DNA of 64,000 bases from Alphaproteobacteria bacterium (GCA_965225945.1 CBDDBZ010000037.1:160001-224000), one strand, 5' to 3'; counted from the first letter of the stretch, positions 21,797 to 33,560 are shown. Notes: generated from the sequence alone by a model not told the origin. Made by a program: numbers and translations.

Positions 21797-21856
21797 AAAA
21801 AGGGGTCATTGTACTTTATTCGGCGGAACGGATCAAAAAGCAGAATGACCCCTTTT
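21797..21856. repeat. 60-bp hairpin-type intergenic repeat, copy 1 (REP/MITE-like, possible terminator)
   Basis: AAAAGGGGTCATT...AATGACCCCTTTT arms; 56/60 identical to 57550-57609. Confidence 0.85.
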
Positions 21857-21922
21857 CCCTTCGGAGATCACGATGCCGTGCCTCGGCCGGCTCCGCCACC
21901 CCGTCCCCCTTGCCCCGCGCCC

Positions 21923-23123
<1,201 letters not shown>

Positions 23124-23134
<11 letters not shown>

Positions 23135-24893
23135 GGGCTGATCCGTCCTCGTCCGGCGCCTGGGCGGCGCCCTTGTCTATCAGCTCGCGCGCACCGCTGA
23201 CCAGCCTCTCGCCATGCGCGCGTCGGGCTGCATCGAGGCCGACCTTGCCGTCGGCGAGGTCTTCCGCCAGGGCCTCGACGGCGCGTTTCCCCGGCTCCCC
23301 CAGGCCGCCGCCGCCCGGCGTCTCCAGCCGAATCGATTCCCCGGCGCGAAGCACGATCCGCGACGGCTTGGAGGAGAGCTCCCGCGTCTCCGCCCCGCTC
23401 ACGCGGTGGAGTATTCGGGCCCTGGCGCCCGCGGCCCCGCCATCGAGTCCGGGCGCCCCCGACTCGTGCCCGTCGGAGCGGGCCGAGAACACCACGCCGT
23501 CCCGCGTCGCCGCGATTTCCCGGGCGATGCCGAGGCCGCCGCGCCGGGTCCCGGCGCCGCCCGAATCCTCGACCAGGGCGTATTCCACCACGCGCAGGCA
23601 GTATTCGTGCTCCAAGGCCTCGACCGGCAGGTTCGAGGTGTTGGTCATGTGCATCTGGATCGCCTCCATGCCGTCGGCCTCGAGGCTGGCGCCGCCGCCG
23701 CCGCCCACCGTCTCCAGATAGACGAAGGGCTCGCCGTCGCCGGGCCGGGGGCCGGAGAAGACGATCGCCGGCACGATGTCGTGCCCGGCGGACATCGCGC
23801 GTGCCGCCGGCAGCAGGGGGGCGAAGGCGCGGAATAGCGCGCGGGCGATCTTGTTGCAGGTGATGGAGCGGGCGCCGCACGCGGCGGGCGGGCGCGGGTT
23901 GACCAGGCTCGCTTCCGGCAAGACGATTTCGATTCCCCGGAACATGCCGCTGTTCGCCATCAGCTCGGGATCGAGCAGCGCCTTGACGGCATAGTAGACC
24001 GTGGCGCGCGCGGCGCTGGGCGGGACGTTCATCGCGCCGCGCGCCTCCGTGCCCGTGCCGGTGAAATCGATCGTCAACCGCGGGCCCTCGACGGCGACCT
24101 CGACGACGATTGGCACGGCGCCACCGGGAAAGCCGTCGTCGTCGAGATGGCTTTCCCCGCGATGCCGGCCGTCGGGGAGCGCCAGGACCCGCGCGGCGAG
24201 GCGGCGGTGGGTATAGGCGAGGAGGTCGTCCAGCGAGCGGGCGACCGCTTCCAGCCCCAACTCCGCGATCAGCTCGGTGACCAGTTTGCGGCCCCGCTCG
24301 TTGGTCGCCACCTGGACCTGGAGGTCGAGCCGGCGTTCCACCGCGTCGCGGGAGTTGAGCGCGATCAGATCGATCACGTCGTGGTTCAGGGCACCGGCCC
24401 GGGCGATCCGGACGGCGGGAATGCGCAGACCCTCTTCGTAGATCGTCCTCGACTGGCCGGAGATCGAGCCCGGCACGCTGCCGCCGACGTCGGCATGGTG
24501 GCCGATGTTGGCGGCGAAGAAGCAGACCCGGCCGTCGTGGAAGATCGGCGTCACCACCGAGATGTCGGGGGTATGGGTGCCGCCGGCGACATAGGGGTCG
24601 TTGCAGACGAAAGCGTCGCCCACGACCATATCCGCGATTGCGGTCAGGGCGAGCGCGGCCTCGACGCCGCCCATGAGGGAGCCCAGATGCAGCGGCACGT
24701 GCGCCGCCTGTGCCGCCAGTCGCCCGCCCGCGTCGAACAGGGCGACGGAACAGTCCTTGCGCTCCTTGATGTTGGTCGAGAAGGAGGAGCGCACGAGGGT
24801 GTGTCCCATCTCCTCGGTGATCGAGAGCAATCGGTTGGAGAACACCTCCATCAGAATCGGGTCGTGGGCCGGGTCGTCGAAGGTGGCGCTCAT
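23124..24893 (-). CDS. Hydantoinase B / oxoprolinase family protein
   Basis: SFSTNIKERKDCS, NDPYVAGGTHTPD, HHADVGG and ETPGGGG motifs. Confidence 0.92.
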
Positions 24894-26935
24894 GGGCCCG
24901 CCTCCTCCTCGATCAGGATGTTGCCGTGGCCGTCGATCCGCGCGCTCTGGCCGGGCAGCACCAGGGTGGTGGCGCTCATCTCCTCGACGATCGCCGGGCC
25001 GGATAGGCGAACGCCGACGGCCAAACCATCGCGGGCATGGACCGGCGTCTCGCGCCAGCCGGTGGCCTCGTCGATATAGACGCGTCGCCGGCTCTCGAGC
25101 CCCGGCGTCGCCTCGCCGGCGGGCGGTCGCTCGTCGCCGGCGCGCTCGATACGCCCGATCGCACGCGAGCGGCAGTTGACGATCTCCACCATCCGGCCCT
25201 CCAGCGTGTGGCCGTGGACGCGGCGATGGGTCTCGTGGAAGCGCCAGAGAAAGCCGGCGAGATCCCCCGTCTCGGGCGACCAGGCGACCCGGACCTCGTG
25301 GTTCTGCCCGAGATAGCGGGCATCGAGGGCCATTTCATGCTCGCGCCTGGGCGCCGGAACCGCCTCGGAGTCCAGCCAGGCCTCGCCCTGGTCCCGCATA
25401 CCCGCGAGCCGCGCCATCACGCGGGGCCAGGCCGCCGCGTCGGCCGGCGCGATCTCGGTCTGGACGAAGTCGAGCGCGATGTCGGAGACCAGGATGCCCC
25501 GGGCGCACAGCGTGCCGGGCTCCCTCGGCACCAGGACCCGCGCGAGCCGCAGCTCGCGCGCGATCTCGGCCGCATGCAGCGGGCCCGCGCCGCCATAGGC
25601 GACGAGGCTGAAGCCGGCGAGATCGTGGCCCCGCTCGCTCGAAACGGCGCGGACCGCGCGCGCCATGTTGGCCAGCGCCACCCGGATCACGCCGCGTGCC
25701 GCGCGTTCCGGCGCCAGGCCCAAGGGTTCCGCGATGCCACGCGTCACCGCCGCCGTCGCGGCTTCGAGGTCGAGCGCGATGCGGCCGCCGACCAGACCGC
25801 CCGGCCCGAGGCGGCCGAGCACCAGGTTGGCGTCGGTCAGCGTCACCGCCTCGCCGCCTTGGCCGTAGGCGACCGGACCGGGCACGGCGCCCGCGCTCTC
25901 AGGTCCGACCTTGAGCCCGCCGGCCTCGTCGATCCGGGCGATCGAGCCGCCGCCGGCGCCGATCACGTGCACGTCGATCATCGGGTTGCGCGCCGGATAG
26001 CCGGCGATCTCCCGCTCCGAGGTCGCGAGCGGCGCTCCGTCGTGGACCAGCGAGACGTCGGTGGAGGTGCCGCCGACGTCGAAGGTGACGAGATCCCGGA
26101 AGCCCGCCTCGCCGGCGATCCGCGCGGCGCCGACGACGCCGGCGGCGGGGCCGGACAGGCAAGTTCTGACCGGATGCCCGCTCGCCGTCGCAAGCGACAT
26201 CAGGCCGCCGTTGGAATGAAGGGTGTAGGGCGCCGCGCGGATCCCGAGCTCCCCCATCGCCTCGGCGAAGCGGGCGAGATAGCGGCTCATCCGGGGCCCG
26301 ATATAGGCGTTCAGCACCGTCGTCGAGGTCCGCTCGAATTCGCGGAACTCCGGCGTCACCTCGGCGGAGAAGCTGACATAGAGATCGGGCGCGCGTGTCC
26401 TGACGAGGGCGGCGATCCGGGCCTCGTGCTCCGGGCGGCGATAGCTGTGCAGCAGCGCGATCGCGAGCGCCTCGATCCCTTGCTCCAACAGGCTCTCGAT
26501 CGCCGCCATCGCCTCGGCCTCGTCGAGGGGGCGGAGGATTTCGCCATCGGCGGCGACCCGCTCGTCGAGCTCCAGGCGCCGGCGGCGGGGGACCAGCGGC
26601 GGCGGCTTGCGCTGGCCGTAGTCGTAGAGATGCGGGCGGGTCTGGCGGCCGATCTCCAGGACGTCGCGAAAGCCCCGGGTGGTGATGAGGCCGGTCGGCG
26701 CGCCGCGACGCTCGATAATCATGTTGGTGGCGACGGTGGTGCCGTGGCCGAGGAAGACGACGTCGCCCGGATCGGCCTCGTGTTCCGCCAGCAATCGCGT
26801 GAGCCCAGCGCGAATGGCGCGGGCGGGATCGTCCGGCGTGGACGGCACCTTGACGTGGCGCAGCCGAGCCCGAGCGGGATCCGCGAGGGTGAAGTCGGTG
26901 AAGGTGCCGCCGACGTCGAAACCGATTCTGTACAT
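24890..26935 (-). CDS. Hydantoinase A / oxoprolinase family protein
   Basis: DVGGTFTD, HGTTVATN, SGPAAG and GAGGGS motifs. Confidence 0.93.
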   Translation of the reverse strand: MYRIGFDVGGTFTDFTLADPARARLRHVKVPSTPDDPARAIRAGLTRLLAEHEADPGDVVFLGHGTTVATNMIIERRGAPTGLITTRGFRDVLEIGRQTRPHLYDYGQRKPPPLVPRRRRLELDERVAADGEILRPLDEAEAMAAIESLLEQGIEALAIALLHSYRRPEHEARIAALVRTRAPDLYVSFSAEVTPEFREFERTSTTVLNAYIGPRMSRYLARFAEAMGELGIRAAPYTLHSNGGLMSLATASGHPVRTCLSGPAAGVVGAARIAGEAGFRDLVTFDVGGTSTDVSLVHDGAPLATSEREIAGYPARNPMIDVHVIGAGGGSIARIDEAGGLKVGPESAGAVPGPVAYGQGGEAVTLTDANLVLGRLGPGGLVGGRIALDLEAATAAVTRGIAEPLGLAPERAARGVIRVALANMARAVRAVSSERGHDLAGFSLVAYGGAGPLHAAEIARELRLARVLVPREPGTLCARGILVSDIALDFVQTEIAPADAAAWPRVMARLAGMRDQGEAWLDSEAVPAPRREHEMALDARYLGQNHEVRVAWSPETGDLAGFLWRFHETHRRVHGHTLEGRMVEIVNCRSRAIGRIERAGDERPPAGEATPGLESRRRVYIDEATGWRETPVHARDGLAVGVRLSGPAIVEEMSATTLVLPGQSARIDGHGNILIEEEAGP

Positions 26936-27168
26936 CGCCGCGCGTCCTGGGGCGGTTCAGACCGCTTCCGGCGGCACCACCGGCCGCGGGCCCGGCACCA
27001 CGATCCCGCCCCCGCTCCAGGCCTCGGGTCCGGTGAAAACGATCGGCTCGGCGGCCGCCTTGGTGCTCGCCTGCATGCTCGCTCTCCCCCGACGATGGGC
27101 GCCGGCAACCTACACGCGCCAGCGTCGCCGGCAAAGCATCCGCCCGCGTCGCCTCGAATTATGTATAA

Positions 27169-28263
27169 CGTCCCTATCCGGTTAAGGCAGGCAGCGCTCC
27201 CTGCGATTGTATACCGTCGACCAGTTCCCTGTAGGTGATGGTCGGTCGGGTCATGGCGCGGTGCAACACGAAATCGGCAAGGTCGAAGATGCGTTTGCGC
27301 CGGTTGAAGCGGTAGTTCCATTCCCGGACGTAGCGCGGCAAATGCTTGGCGCTCACCCCGTGGTAGGTTCCGTTGAGCCACGTCTTCACGTTGGAAAACA
27401 GGACATGGACGACCGGCATGAGCTGCTCGGCGTTCTTGCCTTGGCCTTGAACGACGGGCTGGTGGCGATAAGTATCGCCAAGCTTGGCGTAACTCTTGAA
27501 AGCGTCGCTGTCGAGGCGGCTTCCCGGCTTCACCGAGGCGCGCACGAAGTCGCCCAACTCACGGGCGGTGGCCTCGGGCAGGATGGCGAGCCGCGCGGCG
27601 CCGGCGGCGAAGCCGCTCCCCTTGATGCCCTTGCCCGACCCGACCGGCCACTTCTCGACCGCCATCACCAACAGGCTCTTGTTCGGGTTGGAAAGCCCGC
27701 GCCCCCGGCTCTCCGGCTTGCCCCGCCCGCCGTAATAGCTCTCGTCGACCTCGACCAAGCCCTCCAGCGGGAACTCCGGGCGCTCCGTCAGGGCATGGCG
27801 CAGCTTGTGGGCCATCAGCCAGGCGGTGTCGTAGCGCAGGCTCAACTCTCGCGACAGAAACAGCGCCGAGACCCCGCGCTTGTCGCGCCCCATCCACCAC
27901 GCCGCCAGGAACCATTTGCGCAACGGTGTGCGGGTGCGGTGGAAGACCGTGCCCGCGGTCACCGATTCCTGATGGCCGCAACCGGCGCATTCGAAGACCC
28001 GCGGCCGCGTCTTCAATTGGTAGTTCCGCCTCTCGCCGCAACGCGCGCAGACGTAGCCTTGCGGCCAGCGCAGCCGAGCCAGCGCCTCGATGCAGTCCGC
28101 CTCCGATCCATGGCGTTCGAGGAACTCCAATATCCCGCTCATCGAATAGTCCTCCAAAAGCTCCAGCCGATGCGATCAGCCTACACCTCTATGGAGAACA
28201 TATCAAGAACATTCGGAGCCCATCCTGCTTTAACCAGATAGGGACGTTAACCAGATAGGGACG
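27169..28263 (-). mobile_element. IS1595-family element (ISSod11-like) with a tandemly duplicated outer end
   Basis: 23-bp TIRs CGTCCCTATCCGGTTAAGGCAGG (27169-27191) and 28224-28246 match 21/23; extra 17-bp end copy at 28247-28263. Confidence 0.9.
27174..28142 (-). CDS. IS1595-family transposase
   Basis: Zn ribbon (RWPQGYVCARC..FECAGC), VEVDESYYGG, SDAFKSY and VHVLFSNVK..GTYHGVSAKHLPRY..EWNYRFNRR motifs. Confidence 0.95.
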   Translation of the reverse strand: MSGILEFLERHGSEADCIEALARLRWPQGYVCARCGERRNYQLKTRPRVFECAGCGHQESVTAGTVFHRTRTPLRKWFLAAWWMGRDKRGVSALFLSRELSLRYDTAWLMAHKLRHALTERPEFPLEGLVEVDESYYGGRGKPESRGRGLSNPNKSLLVMAVEKWPVGSGKGIKGSGFAAGAARLAILPEATARELGDFVRASVKPGSRLDSDAFKSYAKLGDTYRHQPVVQGQGKNAEQLMPVVHVLFSNVKTWLNGTYHGVSAKHLPRYVREWNYRFNRRKRIFDLADFVLHRAMTRPTITYRELVDGIQSQGALPALTG

Positions 28264-28312
28264 ATATCTAATATCTCTTCGCCGCCCGGCGACGTGGAAA
28301 GGGGAGCCACAC

Positions 28313-28774
28313 ATGAGCGAGCAGATTGAGGTCGACGACGGTTCGCAGGGTGCCAAGCCGGCTGGATTCTGGATTCGATTCGCCGCCTACATCATCGACG
28401 CCATCCTGCTCACGATCGTCGGTTGGCTGATCGCCGCCGTTTTCGGCATCGGCATGGCAATGGACATGTCGGACCCGGAAGCGGTCAGCGGCGCCTTCGT
28501 CGGGTTTCAAGTGGGCATGATGGTCTTCTGGTGTATCTATTTGGCCGCTTTCGAATCCTCCAAGCTGCAGGCGACGCCGGGTAAGCTGGTGGTCGGCGTG
28601 CGGGTGAGCGACGCCGCCGGAGCGAGAATCGGCATCGGCCGCGCCCTGGGCCGGGCGCTGGCGAAATACATCTCGGCCATCATCCTGTTGATCGGCTTCA
28701 TCATGGCGGCATTCACCGATCGCAAGCGGGTGCTGCACGACATGATGGCGGGCACGCTCGTCAGCTATCGCTGA
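28313..28774 (+). CDS. RDD family membrane protein
   Basis: AGFWIRFAAYIID, QATPGK and LHDMMAGT motifs. Confidence 0.92.
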   Translation: MSEQIEVDDGSQGAKPAGFWIRFAAYIIDAILLTIVGWLIAAVFGIGMAMDMSDPEAVSGAFVGFQVGMMVFWCIYLAAFESSKLQATPGKLVVGVRVSDAAGARIGIGRALGRALAKYISAIILLIGFIMAAFTDRKRVLHDMMAGTLVSYR

Positions 28775-28793
28775 AACCGAGAAGGGAGGGCAA

Positions 28794-29777
28794 TTGAAGT
28801 ACCGGCGACTGGGGCGAACCGGCCTGGAAATCTCGGAGATCGTCTTCGGCGCGGGCTTCGTCGGCGGCGTGCTGATCCACCAAGGCGAGGCGATGGGCCG
28901 CGAGGCGCTGGAACGCGCCCGCGCGCTGGGCATCGACTGGATCGACACCGCGCCGTCCTACGGCGACGGCAAGTCGGAAAGCGCGCTGGGCAAATTGCTG
29001 CCGGCGATCGGCTGGCAACCCCGGCTGTCGACCAAGTTCCGCCTCGAACCGGGCGGGCCGGCGCCGATCGCGACGCAGATCGAGACCAGCGTCGAGGCCA
29101 GCCTGGCCCGCTTGGGGGTCGATTCCGTCGACATGCTGCAACTGCACAATCCCCTGGGCGCCGAGACCGACGAGCGCCACCTCGGGATCGACCGGGTGCT
29201 GGAGGCGGGCGGCGTGGCGGACGTCATGGACGATCTGCGCCGGCGCGCCATCACCCGCCATCTGGGCTTCACCGCGCTCGGCGACGCGGCGACGCTGCGC
29301 CGGATGGTCGCGAGCCATCGTTTCGATACCGCGCAGGTCTATTACAACCTCTTGAACCCGAGCGCCGGGCGCACTGTATCCGCCGGCTGGTCGAGCGAGG
29401 ATTTCGGCGACGTCATCGCCACCTGCCAGGCCCATGACGTCGGTGTCCTGGTGATCCGCGTGATGGCCGCCGGCATTCTCGCCACCGACGAACGGACCGG
29501 GCGCGAGATGGCGATGTATCCGAGTGGCGACGTCGCCTCCGAGGAGGGGCGGGCAGGCGCGGTGCGCGCCGCGCTCGTCGGCGAGCCGGGCAACCGGGCC
29601 CAGGCGGCGATCCGCTTCGCGCTCGGTCATGCGGGCATCAGTGCCGTGTTGATCGGCCCGAGCGTGCCCGATCACCTCGACGAGGCGGCCCGCGCGGTCG
29701 ACATGGCCGCGCTGGCGCCCGAGACCTTGGCCCGTCTCGCCCAGCTTCACGACGGCGATTTCGGCCGCCTCGGCTGA
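28794..29777 (+). CDS. Aldo/keto reductase
   Basis: KYRRLGRTGL, IDTAPSYGDGKSE and QVYYNLLN motifs; TTG start after GGAGG. Confidence 0.9.
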   Translation: MKYRRLGRTGLEISEIVFGAGFVGGVLIHQGEAMGREALERARALGIDWIDTAPSYGDGKSESALGKLLPAIGWQPRLSTKFRLEPGGPAPIATQIETSVEASLARLGVDSVDMLQLHNPLGAETDERHLGIDRVLEAGGVADVMDDLRRRAITRHLGFTALGDAATLRRMVASHRFDTAQVYYNLLNPSAGRTVSAGWSSEDFGDVIATCQAHDVGVLVIRVMAAGILATDERTGREMAMYPSGDVASEEGRAGAVRAALVGEPGNRAQAAIRFALGHAGISAVLIGPSVPDHLDEAARAVDMAALAPETLARLAQLHDGDFGRLG

Positions 29778-30310
29778 GCCGGACCGGCATCGCCGGGTGG
29801 CCGGGGGCTTTACGATGCGCTCGGTCCGATCGGTGGCGCGCGCCCCATCGCGGTGAAATACCGGGTGGAATTCGAAGCCTGGAGGGGTGGCGCGAAATTG
29901 CCTAAAATTCGAAACGGATTTTAGCGGTATTTGGCTCAAAGGTTCGACGAAACAAGTTGAAAAACCACCTAAATATCAATGGTTTGCTAATCGAAATTTA
30001 AAGGATAAAATTGAAAATAAGGCTGAGAATGACGACATAATCGTTGCCGAGGAAGGATGCGACATCGGGTCGCGAGACCGGCTGAAGGGTCACCGGGAGA
30101 CGCGGATCATGGCCAGGAACGAGACGAGCCGCGATCGCCGCGCCCGAGGCGTGGGCCGTATGGTGGCCATCCTCGTACTGATCGGGATCGCCGCCGCGAA
30201 TTCGGCCCTTTTCTACTTTATCATCTGGCCCGAATTCTCGCCCCACGATCCGTTCAGTGCGATTCTCTTCTTCATCAGTGGCGGCGCACACCTGATCTAT
30301 TTCTTCATCC

Positions 30311-31065
30311 CTTGCCTATCCGGTTATCACCCACACCCACTATATGTAGTGTGTCTCCTTGGACTGCAGGCAAGGGCCGGCGCAGGCGCATTGAGGAGGC
30401 GATCCGGCTAATTCTTGATTGTTCTGAAAACCGAACCGGAGTTTAATTCACGTCACGTACTTAACATCGGGGGACGGAACGGTGGCGACCAAGGGAAAAA
30501 CGAAGAAACCCACGGCCAGACGGGAAGCTGCTGATGAAACGACATCGTCTGAGCGATTGACGGCACTAGTCGAAGAAAGCGACGCGCTGGCACGAATCGT
30601 TGCGAAGAACCCGTCCGCGCCTGTTAGTCTCCTGCGCGTTTTGAGTCGCAGCGAAGACGAAGCGACACGCAAGAACGTGATCCTCAATCCGTTTACTTCA
30701 TATGACGTATTGAGCGAACTTGAAAACCAGTTCACAGAGCTATTTGTGAATAATCCGGCACTCGAATCCTACAATTCAATGAAGCTCTGATTTCCTGGAA
30801 TATTCCATCGGTGTCGTTCACCTCCGATTTCAGATAAATTTCAATGAAGTGACGGTCCTTTATGCAACGTGGCGTTTTGCCAAATCCGACTCAATGATTA
30901 GGATTTCCACCACGCTAAAGTGTCGCCTAAAAGGCGCTACAATGCCGTCCGAGTCCCTGCTCGGCATCGCCGGAGATATCTCCGCTTCGACCTGCACCGA
31001 GCTTTACTCAGGAAAATGGGTGCACACTACATATAGTGGGTGTGGGTGATAACCGGATAGGCAAG
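30311..31065. mobile_element. Non-autonomous TIR element with passenger gene, copy 2 (755 bp, intact passenger)
   Basis: Perfect 43-bp TIRs at 30311-30353 and 31023-31065; flanks CTTCATCC / CTTCATAC match 7/8. Confidence 0.95.
30482..30790 (+). CDS. LRV/HEAT-like helical repeat protein, 102 aa (element passenger)
   Basis: Repeats VAKNPSAPVSLLRVLS, RKNVILNPFTSYDVLSEL and FVNNPAL; GGGGA RBS-like sequence before the GTG start. Confidence 0.7.
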   Translation: MATKGKTKKPTARREAADETTSSERLTALVEESDALARIVAKNPSAPVSLLRVLSRSEDEATRKNVILNPFTSYDVLSELENQFTELFVNNPALESYNSMKL

Positions 31066-31657
31066 CTTCATACCTTGGTTCGTGGTCGACGTGATCGGCG
31101 CCTCGTTCGGTACCGGCGGCGAGGATCCGAGCAAATACGAGACCAACCTGGGCGGCGATACGTCCGGCTTCTTCATGCGGCTTTGCACCTTGGTCGGCGT
31201 GCTTTCCATCGCCGTCGTCGCCATGCTCAGCCTGCTGGAAGATCAGTTTCGCGACGACGCGCCGCCGCCCGTCGCCATCACCCGGGCCAATTGTCTCTCC
31301 GTGGGCGGCGTGCCGACGATGATCGGCGGCCGGATGACCTGCAGTTTCGAATCGCAACAGCCAGCCCCCGTCGGCGGGACTGAGCCAGCCCCCGCCGGCG
31401 GAACGCAGTAGGGGGCCGGCCGCGGAGAGTTTGGGCGATGGGCCTCGCCGGGACGCCCTTGCCCGGTGAAGCCAGACCATCATCGCCCGGCGGCTCGGCC
31501 CCTCGCGGCCGAGCCGCGAGGCGTTCGAGCCAATTGCGAGCCTGGGGGATTGCGCATGATCGGTTCATGCCAGCCCGGATTTTCTGCTAGAACTCGGTGG
31601 GATCGGCGCGACCGCGCCGCGATGTATCCCGGCCAGGGATCAGGAAAGCGACGGAAC

Positions 31658-33175
31658 ATGTACGATTCGTTCGGTAAACCCCGTGCCGGCGGCTCGATGC
31701 TGGAGCGCTACACGAGCCAGCTCGGCGATCTGGTCGAAAGACGCCACCGGGAGGCGGCACTGATGTCGGCGAAGGACGAGGCGGAACGCGCGGCGGAAGC
31801 GGCGCGCACCGCCAATCGTGCCCTCCAGCAGGAAATGGAACAACGGTTGGAGGCGCTGGCCGATCTGGAGCATGTCGCCAACCACGACTCGCTCACCGGG
31901 CTGCCGAACCGCAATCTCTTCAACAATCGGCTGGAACAAGTGCTGGCGAGCTCGCGGCGAACCGCGATGCCGGTGGCGCTGATGATTCTCGACCTGGATC
32001 ATTTCAAGAGCGTCAACGATAGCCTGGGGCATGCCGTCGGCGACGACCTGCTGAAGGCGGTCGCCCGCCGGCTCGCCGAGTGCGTGCGCGGCCAGGATAC
32101 CGTGGCGCGCCTCGGCGGCGACGAATTCGCCATCATTCAGGTCGGCCTCAACTATCCCGCCGACGCCTATCTCCAGGCCCAACGGATCCTCGAAGCGCTC
32201 GTCGATCCGTTCGAGATCGGCACTCACAAGCTCTTCAGCAGCACCTCCATCGGCATCACCGTGGCGCCGGGCGACGCCGACACCGCCGAGCAATTGCAGC
32301 GCAACGCCGATCTCGCGATGTATCAGGCGAAGGAGGAGCAGCGAAATACCTTCCGCTTCTTCGATGCGGAACTGAACGCCGCCGTGCAGCGCCGGTTGTT
32401 CCTGGAGCAGGAGTTGCGAACCGCTCTCACCGACGACCAGTTCCTGGTCTACTACCAGCCCAAGGTGAAGCTCAAGGAGCGGACGCTGGCCGGCGCGGAG
32501 GCGCTGATCCGCTGGAAGCATCCCGAGAAGGGCATGGTCTCGCCGGCCGAATTCATTCCGGTCGCCGAGCGGACCGGCACGATCAGCGCAATCGGCGAAT
32601 GGATGCTCTACCAATCCTGCAAGCAGTTCAAGCAGTGGCAGATCGAGGGCAAGGCACCGCTGGTCGTCGCCGTCAACCTCTCGCCGGTGCAGTTCAGGGA
32701 GCGCGACATTCCCGCCACGGTGCGCGAGGTGCTGGCCGAAACCAAGCTCTTTCCCAGCTGCCTGGAGTTGGAGATCACCGAGACCGCGGTGATGAACGAC
32801 ATGCGCGGTGCGGTCGACGTGCTGGTCGACCTGCACGCGATCGGCGTCAATCTCTCGATCGACGACTTCGGCACCGGCTATTCCTCGCTCAGCTATCTGC
32901 GGCAGTTGCCGGTCAACAAGATCAAGATCGATCGCTCCTTCACCGTCGAGGTCGATCGCTTCGAGGCGGCCGCGGCCATCGCCCGCGCCGTGGTCATGCT
33001 CGGCAAGAGCCTCAATCTCTCCGTGGTGGCCGAAGGCATCGAGAACGAAGAGCAGCTCCGCTTTCTGGTCGAGCTCGACTGCGAGGAAGGCCAGGGCGCC
33101 CTCTTCAACATGCCGCTGCCGCCGGCCGAATACGCCGCCTACGCCCGGACCTTGGGGTACGACCTCACGGTCTGA
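31658..33175 (+). CDS. GGDEF-EAL diguanylate cyclase/phosphodiesterase
   Basis: HDSLTGLPNR, RLGGDEF, AEALIRW and DDFGTGYSSL motifs intact; N-terminal coiled coil. Confidence 0.95.
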   Translation: MYDSFGKPRAGGSMLERYTSQLGDLVERRHREAALMSAKDEAERAAEAARTANRALQQEMEQRLEALADLEHVANHDSLTGLPNRNLFNNRLEQVLASSRRTAMPVALMILDLDHFKSVNDSLGHAVGDDLLKAVARRLAECVRGQDTVARLGGDEFAIIQVGLNYPADAYLQAQRILEALVDPFEIGTHKLFSSTSIGITVAPGDADTAEQLQRNADLAMYQAKEEQRNTFRFFDAELNAAVQRRLFLEQELRTALTDDQFLVYYQPKVKLKERTLAGAEALIRWKHPEKGMVSPAEFIPVAERTGTISAIGEWMLYQSCKQFKQWQIEGKAPLVVAVNLSPVQFRERDIPATVREVLAETKLFPSCLELEITETAVMNDMRGAVDVLVDLHAIGVNLSIDDFGTGYSSLSYLRQLPVNKIKIDRSFTVEVDRFEAAAAIARAVVMLGKSLNLSVVAEGIENEEQLRFLVELDCEEGQGALFNMPLPPAEYAAYARTLGYDLTV

Positions 33176-33560
33176 GTGGCTGACCGATAAACTCGCCATT
33201 TTTTTGATCGCCGCTCGCGCGGCGCGCCGGGCCTCCCGCTCCCCCGCCCAACCACCCAGGAGCAGGAGGCCCGACGCGCCGCCTGGCCCGGCCGGCCCGC
33301 TCGGGTGGATGGGCGGGGGAGCGGGCAGGCCGGGCCATGCCGCGCCGAAGGCGTGGCGACAAAGAACCCGTTGGTCGGGTGGCGCCGGCTTCGGGGACTT
33401 TCAATTAGGACGCCGAGCGGCGGCCGCCATCCACCACCCGGTCTACGACAGCGGCGCGGGCGGCGGCCTTGCGCCCCAGGGCGTGAGAGGATAGAGCATG
33501 GCCGGCGGCGGATCGGCTTGGCCCTCCTCGGGACGCGGCCGATATCGGGGAGAGGGTGAC

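Larger units (their letters stand above)
30109..31411 (+). pseudogene. Hypothetical membrane protein interrupted by the 755-bp element
   Basis: Removing the element and one TSD rejoins YFFI|PWFVVDV into an open 179-aa frame with about three hydrophobic segments. Confidence 0.75.

Noticed and set aside
31358-31405. 24-bp tandem duplication encoding QPAPVGGT/EPAPAGGT
   Set aside because: Ordinary low-complexity C-terminal tail duplication.
33176-33560. 385-bp GC-rich intergenic region as an ncRNA or riboswitch
   Set aside because: Only short GC hairpins and no recognisable family motif; an Rfam search would be needed.
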